Assembly (NCBI GenBank): GCA_937889855.1
Contig: CALBYK010000248.1
Span: 16,893 to 80,892 of the forward strand
Direction: 5' to 3'
Source: an uncultured Prevotella sp.
GTDB taxonomy: Bacteria > Bacteroidota > Bacteroidia > Bacteroidales > Bacteroidaceae
DNA: 64,000 nucleotides
Shown: positions 19,112-28,077 of the stretch, in pieces
How the letters are laid out: each line of letters begins with the position of its first letter
Position numbering within the stretch: the first letter of the stretch is position 1
Notes under the pieces: model-generated
The model's database searches: none
Told to the model about the DNA's origin: nothing
What the model saw: the letters and a program-made list of their open reading frames with translations, nothing else
Translations under genes and position numbers: made by a program

Positions 19112-21976
19112 TTACAGAGTCTGCTTAACCTCAACCTCTGTGAAGGTCTCGAGCACGTCTCCCACCTGTATGTCGTTGAAGTTGACGAGCGAGATACCGC
19201 ACTCGAAGTTGGTAGCTACCTCCTTGACGTCATCCTTGTAGCGTTTGAGCGCGGCAATCTCGGCAGTGTGAACCACGATACCGTCGCGAACGACACGAGC
19301 CTTGTCCGTGCGGTGAACCTTGCCCTCGGTGACGTAACATCCGGCAACAGTGCCAACCTTTGAAATCTTGTAGACCTCACGCACCTCTACCTGGCCTGTC
19401 ACAACCTCCTTCTTTACCTTGTCGAGCATACCAATCATGGCAGACTTGACGTCGTCGATGGCGTCGTAGATAACGGAGTAGGTGTTGATCTCCACACCCT
19501 CCTGGTCGGCAAGCTTGCGGGCTGCCGCAGACGGGCGTACCTGGAAGCCGACGATGATGGCGTCCGAGGCGTCGGCAAGCGTCACGTCACTCTCTGAAAT
19601 CTGGCCGACAGCCTTGTGTATGACGTTGACCTTGATCTTCTCTGTGGAGAGCTTGATGAACGAGTCGCTGAGAGCCTCGATAGAACCGTCGGTGTCGCCT
19701 TTGACAATGATGTTGAGTTCCTTGAACGATCCGAGCGCGATGCGGTGTGAGATGTCGGAGAGGGTGAGGCGCTTCTGTGTGCGCAGACCCTGCTCGCGCT
19801 GGAGCTGCAGACGCTTGTTGGCGATGTCGCGTGCCTCCTGCTCGGTCTCGAGAGTGTGGAACGAGTCGCCGGCGGTAGGAGCGCCGTTAAGTCCGAGGAT
19901 AATGGCAGGCTCGGCAGGACCGGCGCTGCTGATGCGCTGGTTGCGCTCGTTGAACATGGCCTTGATGCGTCCCCATGATGTTCCGGCGATGAGATTGTCG
20001 CCAACGCGCAGCGTGCCGTTCGACACGAGAACGGTAGACACGTAGCCGCGGCCTTTGTCGAGCGACGACTCGATGATGGAACCCGTAGCCTTTCGGTTGG
20101 GGTTGGCCTTGAGGTCGAGCATCTCTGCCTCGAGAAGCACCTTCTCGAGAAGCTCGTTGACCCCGATGCCCTTCTTGGCGCTGATCTCCTGGCACTGGTA
20201 CTTGCCGCCCCAGTCCTCCACGAGGAGGTTCATCTGGGCGAGTTCCTCGCGGACGCGGTCAGGGTTGGCACCCGGCTTGTCAATCTTGTTTATTGCAAAC
20301 ACCATCGGCACATTGGCAGCTTGAGCATGTGCGATGGCCTCCTTGGTAGTAGGCATCACGGCGTCGTCGGCTGCGATGATGATGATGGCGATATCCGTCA
20401 CCTGCGCGCCACGCGCACGCATGGCGGTGAACGCCTCGTGGCCTGGGGTGTCGAGGAACGTTATTCTGCGGCCGTCCTCAAGCTGCACGTTGTATGCGCC
20501 GATGTGCTGTGTTATGCCGCCAGCCTCGCCGGCGATGACGTTGGTCTTGCGGATGTAGTCGAGCAGCGATGTCTTGCCGTGGTCGACGTGTCCCATTACG
20601 GTAACAATCGGGGCACGCGGCACGAGGTCGTTCTCGTCGTCCTCAGCCTCGGTGATGGCCTCCTGCACCTCTGCGCTCACGTATTCGGTCTTGAAGCCGA
20701 ACTCCTCAGCAACGAGGTTGATGGTCTCGGCGTCGAGGCGCTGGTTGATAGACACCATGATGCCGACGCTCATGAGCGTCCCGATGACCTGGTTGACGCT
20801 GACGTTCATCATAGTGGCGAGTTCCGACACGGTCACGAACTCCGTGAGCTTCAGCACCTTGCTCTCCTTCTTCTCCTCGCGGCGTTCCTCGTTCATCTTC
20901 TCCTGGGCAGCCTCGCGCTTCTCCTTACGGTACTTGGCGCCCTTCTTTGTCTGGTTCGACTTGTTGGTGAGTCGTGCGAGCGTCTCCTTAACCTGGCGTG
21001 CAACGTCCTCATCGCTCACCTCAGCCTGCTTTTGCTGTCCGCCGCGGTTGCGGTTCTTCTTCTTGTTCTTGCTGCTTGAGCCGGCGTTGCCGTTGTTGTT
21101 CTGCTTGCCGTTGTTGCCGTTTCCGCCCTGCTGGCTTGAAGCCGCATTGATGTCTACGCGCACCTTGTTGATGCGCTCGCGCTTCTTCTTGTCACCGCGC
21201 TGCTGCTGTGACTTCTCCTCGCGCTCCTTGCGTTTTTCCTCCTTCGACTTCTTCTTGGGTCGTGTGCTCTGGTTGAGCGTGGAGAGGTCGATTTTGCCAA
21301 GAACGTTCACTCTTGGAGTGTTGAGCATTTTCTTCTCGCTCTTGGTAGTGAACAATGTCGTTTCAGACTTTGTCGTCTCAGCCGGCTGCTCTTTGGCAGC
21401 TTCGGCGGTCTTCTGTGTAGCAGGCTGTGTGGCAGCTGCCGTTTTCGACTCTTGTTTCTTTTCTGTTTTGTGCTCTTTGTTGTTCTGAACCACAGGCTTC
21501 TGATTTTGTTTGTTTTCCGTCTTGTCCACTTTCACATCGGCAGCCGCCGGTTTCTGTGGTGTATCTTTCTTGCTGTTGACCGGCTTCTGACTGACGGCAG
21601 CAGTCTTGGCCTGCGACTCCTTATGGGCCTCAGGCTTTGCAGGCTTCAGCTGGGAAGGCTTCTTCCCTATGCTGTCGAGATCAATTTTGCCAAGCGGCTT
21701 GTATTGTTGCTTGGTCGCTGATGGCAGAAGGCTCTCGGCGTTGCCGGTCTTCTCCTTCTTCTCTTTCGGTTTCTTCTGCAAGAGTTTCTCCGCTTGAGAC
21801 CGCACCTCCTTGTCCTGCTGGAACGCTCCGGCGAGGGCGGCATACTGCGCGTCGCTCAGCTTGAAGCTTGGTTCTGCCTTCACTTCTCCCAGATCGCTTC
21901 TTTTCTCAAGGAACTCCACTGCCGTCTGGAGTCCGATGTTCAACTCTCGTAATGCTTTGTTTAACCTGATGCTCAT
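19112..21976 (-). CDS. infB: Translation initiation factor IF-2
   Basis: [16 protein letters not shown] and NKID motifs. Confidence 0.99.
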   Translation of the reverse strand: MSIRLNKALRELNIGLQTAVEFLEKRSDLGEVKAEPSFKLSDAQYAALAGAFQQDKEVRSQAEKLLQKKPKEKKEKTGNAESLLPSATKQQYKPLGKIDLDSIGKKPSQLKPAKPEAHKESQAKTAAVSQKPVNSKKDTPQKPAAADVKVDKTENKQNQKPVVQNNKEHKTEKKQESKTAAATQPATQKTAEAAKEQPAETTKSETTLFTTKSEKKMLNTPRVNVLGKIDLSTLNQSTRPKKKSKEEKRKEREEKSQQQRGDKKKRERINKVRVDINAASSQQGGNGNNGKQNNNGNAGSSSKNKKKNRNRGGQQKQAEVSDEDVARQVKETLARLTNKSNQTKKGAKYRKEKREAAQEKMNEERREEKKESKVLKLTEFVTVSELATMMNVSVNQVIGTLMSVGIMVSINQRLDAETINLVAEEFGFKTEYVSAEVQEAITEAEDDENDLVPRAPIVTVMGHVDHGKTSLLDYIRKTNVIAGEAGGITQHIGAYNVQLEDGRRITFLDTPGHEAFTAMRARGAQVTDIAIIIIAADDAVMPTTKEAIAHAQAANVPMVFAINKIDKPGANPDRVREELAQMNLLVEDWGGKYQCQEISAKKGIGVNELLEKVLLEAEMLDLKANPNRKATGSIIESSLDKGRGYVSTVLVSNGTLRVGDNLIAGTSWGRIKAMFNERNQRISSAGPAEPAIILGLNGAPTAGDSFHTLETEQEARDIANKRLQLQREQGLRTQKRLTLSDISHRIALGSFKELNIIVKGDTDGSIEALSDSFIKLSTEKIKVNVIHKAVGQISESDVTLADASDAIIVGFQVRPSAAARKLADQEGVEINTYSVIYDAIDDVKSAMIGMLDKVKKEVVTGQVEVREVYKISKVGTVAGCYVTEGKVHRTDKARVVRDGIVVHTAEIAALKRYKDDVKEVATNFECGISLVNFNDIQVGDVLETFTEVEVKQTL

Positions 21977-21991
21977 ATTTTGTCGTTTTAA

Positions 21992-22023
21992 AAAAGTGAA
22001 AGAGTAAAAGAGTAAAAAAGTAA
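21992..22023. repeat. 4 x 8-bp tandem repeat
   Basis: AAAAGTGA AAGAGTAA AAGAGTAA AAAAGTAA. Confidence 0.7.
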
Positions 22024-22202
22024 AACGTCTGCCTACCTCTGCTCCCCGTAGCCTTGCTGTGCAGCCGCAATTGTGGAGCTACTCGCTTTCACGTCTTTCC
22101 TTTTTTGCTTTGTATTTGTTTAAAAAGTTATTACTGTATAGATACTCGCTAAGGGAGTCCCGAAAATCCTCGCGGATTCCGAAGCTCCCTTATCGGTTCT
22201 TC

Positions 22203-23465
22203 TTAGTTCTCAAACTCGGCGCGCAGCACCTTCAGCACGTTGTCGACCGTCTCCTCCTCGAGGTCGGCCTTCTCAACGAGCATGTCGCGCGGCGCGTTGA
22301 GCACAGCCTTGGCAGTGTCGAGACCGATGCCCTTGATGGCATCGATAACCCACTGGTCGATTTCGTCGGAGAACTCGTCGAGGTAGATGTCCTCGTCGGC
22401 CTCGTCGCCGTTGACTTCGCGGAACACGTCGATGGTGTACTCGGTGAGCATTGACGCAAGCTTGATGTTCATGCCGCCACGTCCGATGGCGAGACTCACC
22501 TCCTCCGGCTTGAGGTATACCTCAGCCTTCTTGTTCTCCTCGTCGATGTTGATGCTCGATACCTTGGCAGGCGACAGGGCACGCTGGATGAAGAGCTTGG
22601 TGTTGGCGGTGTAGTTGATGACGTCTATATTCTCGTTGCACAGCTCGCGCACGATGCCGTGCACACGGCTGCCTTTCACGCCCACGCAGGCTCCAACGGG
22701 GTCGATGCGGTCGTCGAAGCTCTCTACTGCAATCTTGGCACGCTCGCCCGGCATGCGTGCGATGCGGCGTATGGCGATTACACCCTCGGCAATCTCCGGC
22801 ACCTCAGCCTCGAGCAGGCGCTGGAGGAACATCGGGCTTGTGCGTGAGAGGATAATCTTGGGGTTGTTGTTCTCGTTGTCTACGCGCTCGATGACGGCGC
22901 GTATTGTCTCGCCCTTGCGGTACTGGTCGGCAGGAATCTGCTCAGCCTTGGGCAAGATGAGCTCGTTGTTCTCGTCGTCTACCACGAGCACCTCGCGCTT
23001 CCACACCTGGTACACCTCTGCTGCGATGATTTGTCCTACGCGGTCCTTGTATTTGTTGTAGAGCGAGTCGTGCTCAAGCTCGAGAATCTTTGAGGCGAGC
23101 GTTTGGCGGAGGTTGAGGATTGCGCGGCGGCCGAACTTTGCGAAGTCAACGCGCTCGGACACGTCCTCGCCCACCTCATAGTCGGGCTCTATCTTGCGTG
23201 CGTCCTTGAGTGCAATCTGCTTGTTCTCGTCCTCCACCTCTCCGTCGGCCACAACCACGCGGTTGCGGTAGATCTCGAAGTCGCCCTTGTCGGGATTGAC
23301 GATAACATCGAAGTTCTCGTCGCTGCCGAATATCTTAGCCAGAACGTTGCGGAAGCTTTCCTCCAGAACGCTCACGAGAGTGGTGCGGTCGATGTTCTTG
23401 GTTTCCTTGAATTCCTTGAACGAGTCGAACATGCTCACTACATCTTCTTTCTTTGCTGCTGCCAT
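22203..23465 (-). CDS. nusA: Transcription factor NusA
   Basis: S1/KH domains, DPVGACVGVKGSR, AIGRGGMNIKLA. Confidence 0.98.
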   Translation of the reverse strand: MAAAKKEDVVSMFDSFKEFKETKNIDRTTLVSVLEESFRNVLAKIFGSDENFDVIVNPDKGDFEIYRNRVVVADGEVEDENKQIALKDARKIEPDYEVGEDVSERVDFAKFGRRAILNLRQTLASKILELEHDSLYNKYKDRVGQIIAAEVYQVWKREVLVVDDENNELILPKAEQIPADQYRKGETIRAVIERVDNENNNPKIILSRTSPMFLQRLLEAEVPEIAEGVIAIRRIARMPGERAKIAVESFDDRIDPVGACVGVKGSRVHGIVRELCNENIDVINYTANTKLFIQRALSPAKVSSINIDEENKKAEVYLKPEEVSLAIGRGGMNIKLASMLTEYTIDVFREVNGDEADEDIYLDEFSDEIDQWVIDAIKGIGLDTAKAVLNAPRDMLVEKADLEEETVDNVLKVLRAEFEN

Positions 23466-23468
23466 AGC

Positions 23469-23942
23469 TTATTTGAAATTTATTAAGTATTTTGTATATT
23501 TCACGTTGTTCATTTTGAAAGGCTTGTCCACCTCGACTAGTTGCGGGCGCTTCTTGCCTTCCACCTTCTGTTTCTCCTGCACCGTGACAGTGAAGTCGTT
23601 GTCGTTGTCGTCCACACTCTTGAGAATGCCTTTGTATTTCTTGCCGTCGGCGTCGAGCACCTCTACTTCCTTGCCCACGAAGCAGTGATACTGCTGCGGC
23701 ACCTTGAAAGGCTGTCCAAGTCCGGCGGAACCTACCTCCAGCTCATAGTCCTCCTCGTCGCGGCTGAGGTGGTCCTCGATGTAACGGCTCAGCTCCACGC
23801 AGTCCTCAATCCACACGCCGTCGGCGTGGTCAATCTCCACCACGATGCGGTCGTCGGGGCTGACTTCTATGTCGACAAGGAAGTACTCCTTGCCGTCAAG
23901 CCACTCTTCTACAATACTTCTTACGGTGTTTTTGTCTATCAT
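23469..23942 (-). CDS. rimP: Ribosome maturation factor RimP
   Basis: IEDCVELSR and YELEVGSAGL motifs; upstream of nusA. Confidence 0.95.
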   Translation of the reverse strand: MIDKNTVRSIVEEWLDGKEYFLVDIEVSPDDRIVVEIDHADGVWIEDCVELSRYIEDHLSRDEEDYELEVGSAGLGQPFKVPQQYHCFVGKEVEVLDADGKKYKGILKSVDDNDNDFTVTVQEKQKVEGKKRPQLVEVDKPFKMNNVKYTKYLINFK

Positions 23943-23960
23943 ATATATATATTAGAGAAT

Positions 23961-23993
23961 AAAAAATGAGGAGCTCTCTCGGAGCCCCTCATT
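23961..23993 (-). terminator. Terminator-like hairpin in the rimP leader
   Basis: Minus strand AATGAGGGGCTC-CGAGA-GAGCTCCTCATTTTTT, downstream of TAATTTTG at 24007-24014. Confidence 0.7.
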
Positions 23994-24149
23994 CCACTGA
24001 ACGATGCAAAATTACTAATTTTCTGCAACGTGGACAAATATTTACTGCATTTTTCTGCATCATACCGCTGTATTTAGGCTATGTGAGGTTGTGTCAATAC
24101 AATATATCAAGCAAACTCGATATTATGCTATGGCATAACACCACCCCCA

Positions 24150-24353
24150 TTAAACCTTATTTTTCCCAGTTGTTGGCGATTTCTTCCTGAATTTTTGGAA
24201 TAGGCACATGGCGAGGAGTGCATACCAATAAAAGTCGGCACCTTTTGTGTCGCTTTGTAAGTCCATCGCAGGCGTCCATCCCCTCTTTATCCAAAGAAAT
24301 GTGAAACGTACTAATAGGATTGTAATTATGCAGAACCAAATGACAGAAGTAAT
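24150..24353 (-). pseudogene. Start-less 67-codon 2-TM reading frame
   Basis: Own translation ITSVIWFCIITILLVRFTFLWIKRGWTPAMDLQSDTKGADFYWYALLAMCLFQKFRKKSPTTGKNKV*; first codon ATT abuts the upstream stop. Confidence 0.4.
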
Positions 24354-25339
24354 TAATGCTTGTTATGCCAATAGTTGAAGCTATACAAAGCAGTGGCGAG
24401 TCCATTCTTTATGTGCATCTTTTGACTGTCGGTCAATTCGTCTGAATTGTCTATGGCTTCAGCATATTTGTTAATCAGCATAATAACCGTGTCGTAGTCA
24501 TTTGCCGTATCTTGGAATATCTCTTTGAAGAGTTCCATGACTTTGTCGGGCAGTGGGTCCGCTGTGCTAAAATACGCTGTCTCGCCAGTTGTTCCAATCA
24601 TGTCGGAGAGTTCTTCCATTTCCTTAGACTCCATGGCAGCGTTCACGGCATAATCTTTAGATTCTATTTTGTATGCATGTTGGGTCGTTATATTGCCTTC
24701 AAATGACGCAAGCACAACATTGTGGAGTTTTCCTATATTCAGCTGCTCCTGTGACAAGTTTACAGACTTCAACAATTTCGCATCAAGATTGATTTGTTTT
24801 CGTGCAGTAGAGTCTTTAACCGTGATATTGCCAAAATCAACGACATTTAAATCTTGTGCCAACGCTGCGTACAGCATTGTTTTTGCTTCGCCCATATCGA
24901 TGTCTGTGCGCTTGTCGCCATTGCCGAGGTCGGCATTGACTTTGTCTCCTTTCATGACTGGTTCTGAGTTCTCATAGTAGTATGCTCTGAACGATCTGTA
25001 TCCGCCATAGATTGCACCGCCAAGAAGAGTGCATACGGCTGTGATTCTTTTATCATGGTATTTTTCCTTTCCTATGTCGTATCCTTTCTTTCCGCCTCTA
25101 TATGCTCCATATATATCTTCAATGATTATATTTGTAGCGCGAGCGCTGACCCTTGTGTTTGGCGTCTCTTCCAATACTCTTCTGTTGAATGTTGCCAAGT
25201 CGTTTAACAACGCGGATTGTCCTGTCGAAAATCTTTGTCCACTGTTATCTTCCACATCGCTATTGCATGATGCTGTGACGAACAGCACAATTGCGATGAA
25301 ACTAAGCGTTAAAAGCTTTGCTAAATTCTCTTTTTTCAT
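24353..25339 (-). CDS. Hypothetical lipoprotein with Gly-rich hairpin and GxxHN helical domain
   Basis: Lipobox TASC, acidic NSDVED, TRV motif, IGKLHN, C-terminal YSFNYW. Confidence 0.8.
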   Translation of the reverse strand: MKKENLAKLLTLSFIAIVLFVTASCNSDVEDNSGQRFSTGQSALLNDLATFNRRVLEETPNTRVSARATNIIIEDIYGAYRGGKKGYDIGKEKYHDKRITAVCTLLGGAIYGGYRSFRAYYYENSEPVMKGDKVNADLGNGDKRTDIDMGEAKTMLYAALAQDLNVVDFGNITVKDSTARKQINLDAKLLKSVNLSQEQLNIGKLHNVVLASFEGNITTQHAYKIESKDYAVNAAMESKEMEELSDMIGTTGETAYFSTADPLPDKVMELFKEIFQDTANDYDTVIMLINKYAEAIDNSDELTDSQKMHIKNGLATALYSFNYWHNKH

Positions 25340-25375
25340 AAGTTTTGTTTTTTGTGATTATTGATTTTGATGCCG

Positions 25376-25594
25376 CAAAATTAGTGTTTTGCAATGGAAC
25401 AAAATAAATTCTGCCGTTCCAATAAGTTTCATGTCTAAAATAATGTTTTGTTAGTTTTATAATATGCTGATAATAAATGAGATAAATAAGAATTGCATTT
25501 CTTTAAATATGAAGCACAATAATCGTTGTATGGAACAAATGGAACAAAAAAGAGGCTGTAAATTTTGATATGTTTGATTTTTTATAGACCTTTG
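25376..25594. promoter_or_regulatory. Divergent promoter region with TGGAAC boxes
   Basis: TAATTTTG minus 25376-25383; TGGAAC 25395-25400 / GTTCCA 25416-25421; TGGAACAAA x2 at 25531-25548. Confidence 0.6.
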
Positions 25595-25619
25595 CATGCA
25601 GAAATAGACACATGTGTAA

Positions 25620-27191
25620 ATGAAATCAATTGGTTATATCTTCATATTTTTTATCTGTATATTATATTCATGCACTGATGGAAAATTGATGTCTAAATTT
25701 AAGGAAATAGAGAGTGTAGGAGCGGATAAGCCAACGCTTGCATTGCGTATGCTTGATTCACTTGACATTGACGTGAGGGGCAGTGATGAATATATACGCA
25801 TGAGGTATGAACTGCTTTCTATACATATGAATATAAAGCAGCATGTCTTTCCTGGTTCCAGCATAAGAACAAGCAATCTTGTAGCTTATTTCGATAGAAG
25901 TGGCACGAACCGCGACCAGCAGGAAGCCTGCTATTGCGCTGGAATGACTCTTGCCAACATGGGAGATTCTTTCCATGCAATAAGCTATTTGCAGAAATCA
26001 GAAAGAATAGCGTTCAATAAAGACAGGCTCGATTCTGTCTTGCTGCGCGACACTTATTCCGCACTGTATACACAGTATAGGCGTATAAGTGATTATCCTA
26101 AGGCGTTTGTTGCAGCAAAAGAAGAGATGAATATTTCAAGAAGTATGGGAGATGTGACAAGCGCGGTGGCCTTTCGTCTTGGTGAAGCCTACCTTTCCAT
26201 AGACAGTGTGCGGCAAGCCAGCAAATGTTTTGATAAAGCTCTGGAAAGCATACGTTTCCCACACACTCACGACGCCCAGAACTTGCTGTATGGCTTGTTG
26301 GAGAAATTTTCCGTCCTCGGACAGACAGCAAATGCAGATAGATGCCATTCCTTGCTAAATGCAAACGACAGCATAACGCTTTCGCCTGTCTGCGGTAATG
26401 CATTGGGGGCATATTTTCGTATGAAGGGCAATACAAGTCAGGCTGTATGCTATTATAGGACAGCGTATGCTCAGGACAAAGACGAGTGTGCCGCTTATGA
26501 TGCCGCTGTCGCGCTGTTCGACATTTATAGCAAAGATGGTAATATGATGGCTGCTAATGATTGCGCAAGGAAAATTATCTGCATGACCAGACATTCAAAG
26601 TCAATAAAGAACATGTTGATTGCAGATTGCCAATATGGAGAGAGTGAGGATAGCAGCACATTGCATAGTGTAGAAAGATGGAAAGATTTGTACCGTAACA
26701 TGTTTTGGACAATTCTGTTTATGGCAACAATCATTGTCATGATTGTCTACATCATAAACATGAAGCACAAGAATGATGCCCTTAAGAAAATGTTAGGTTA
26801 TGCCAATGAATTGAAGGATGCGCAGCAGAACATCAAGAACAAGGCCAGGCAAAGCCAGTCGCTCATACAGATGCTTCATAAGACGGAGCTTGAGAGTAAA
26901 GCCGAGGAGATTGTGCAGTCTGTGAAGGATGCCGCTTCGGGAAAGCGCAAACTTACAGAGGATGAGTGGAGACAGTTGTACAAGGCTGTTGACGACTTGC
27001 ATCCGCATTTCAGGGAGTTGCTTACCGAGCATATAGGCAATTTCTCCGAGTTGCAGATGCAGGTGTGTTATCTTATGCGAGTGGGGTTGAGTAATCCACA
27101 AATCAAGAACGTTACCGATGTGCCGCGTACAACAATATGGCGGTGGACAAACACGTATAAATGGATTTATGACAAGAACATTGATGGATAA
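25620..27191 (+). CDS. TPR-TM-coiled coil-HTH membrane-anchored regulator
   Basis: N-terminal LYSC lipobox-like signal, TPR-like helices, TM MFWTILFMATIIVMIVYII, C-terminal QVCYLMRVGLSNPQI..VPRTTIWRW. Confidence 0.82.
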   Translation: MKSIGYIFIFFICILYSCTDGKLMSKFKEIESVGADKPTLALRMLDSLDIDVRGSDEYIRMRYELLSIHMNIKQHVFPGSSIRTSNLVAYFDRSGTNRDQQEACYCAGMTLANMGDSFHAISYLQKSERIAFNKDRLDSVLLRDTYSALYTQYRRISDYPKAFVAAKEEMNISRSMGDVTSAVAFRLGEAYLSIDSVRQASKCFDKALESIRFPHTHDAQNLLYGLLEKFSVLGQTANADRCHSLLNANDSITLSPVCGNALGAYFRMKGNTSQAVCYYRTAYAQDKDECAAYDAAVALFDIYSKDGNMMAANDCARKIICMTRHSKSIKNMLIADCQYGESEDSSTLHSVERWKDLYRNMFWTILFMATIIVMIVYIINMKHKNDALKKMLGYANELKDAQQNIKNKARQSQSLIQMLHKTELESKAEEIVQSVKDAASGKRKLTEDEWRQLYKAVDDLHPHFRELLTEHIGNFSELQMQVCYLMRVGLSNPQIKNVTDVPRTTIWRWTNTYKWIYDKNIDG

Positions 27192-28077
27192 CAGTAACTT
27201 TAAGGTATTTGAGCTGTACAAGGCACGTACAATAGGCGGTGTTTTTGCGGACACTTTTGGCTTTATGTCAAAAGCCAAGAACGCTTTGTTATATTATCTT
27301 GCACCATGTTTGGCGCTTTGGGCCGTGGTACAGGCATTATTGGTGAAAGAGCCGTATACGGATACTGCCGTTACTCCAGCCTGGGACGATGTCGTCTATT
27401 GTATTACGAATGTCGTTTGGGGAAGCCTGGAAGGGCTGATGTTCGACACTTTTGCTGCTTTACTATCCATAAATACGGTTTACTGTATTATTAGGTATTA
27501 TGATAAGGGGAGTAATTTCCAAGTGGCATTTTGGCGTTTGCAATTGGATCAGCTTCCAAAAACATGTAAGTGTGTGTTGGCAGTTCTGCTGATGTTGCTT
27601 TTGCAGGTTTTCATGTTCTCCATTGTGGGACTTTTGGCCATGTCAGGATTTGGAGAAGACAGTCTTACCGTGTCAATAGTTGTTTCTATTGCCTTAATGA
27701 TACTTTTGATGCCAATAGTATTGTTTGCAGTGCCTGTATTCTCCATAGGCTCTCCTTCCTTGTTTGAAGGAATGCGTGGCGCGTGTCTTGCAGGCATAAA
27801 GGCATGGTGGAGCACAGTGGTGGCTATTGTGGTTCTGTTCGTTGTCTTGGACGTAATAGGCAGTACTCCCGTGGCGGTGCTCGTATGGATGAGAGAACTG
27901 TTTGTAAATAGCGGCAACGGGTCGTTCTATTTTGCCGCCGCGCCATGGTATGACGTTGCCATTGGCGCAGCGGCTGTATTGCGTAATCTCATCCGTTATT
28001 CCACGTATGTGCTCATGAGTGTGGCGTTGGCGTACCAGTATGGGCGGTTCACTCAATCTCCTTCTGCAGGTGAATGA
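27184..28077 (+). CDS. Polytopic membrane protein of unknown function
   Basis: About 6 TM segments; ATG 27184 overlaps the end of the regulator gene. Confidence 0.7.
   Translation: MDNSNFKVFELYKARTIGGVFADTFGFMSKAKNALLYYLAPCLALWAVVQALLVKEPYTDTAVTPAWDDVVYCITNVVWGSLEGLMFDTFAALLSINTVYCIIRYYDKGSNFQVAFWRLQLDQLPKTCKCVLAVLLMLLLQVFMFSIVGLLAMSGFGEDSLTVSIVVSIALMILLMPIVLFAVPVFSIGSPSLFEGMRGACLAGIKAWWSTVVAIVVLFVVLDVIGSTPVAVLVWMRELFVNSGNGSFYFAAAPWYDVAIGAAAVLRNLIRYSTYVLMSVALAYQYGRFTQSPSAGE

Noticed and set aside
24157..24405. 82-aa ORF-track call
   Set aside because: Overlaps the lipoprotein gene and looks non-protein-like; the alternative frame 24150..24353 is more plausible
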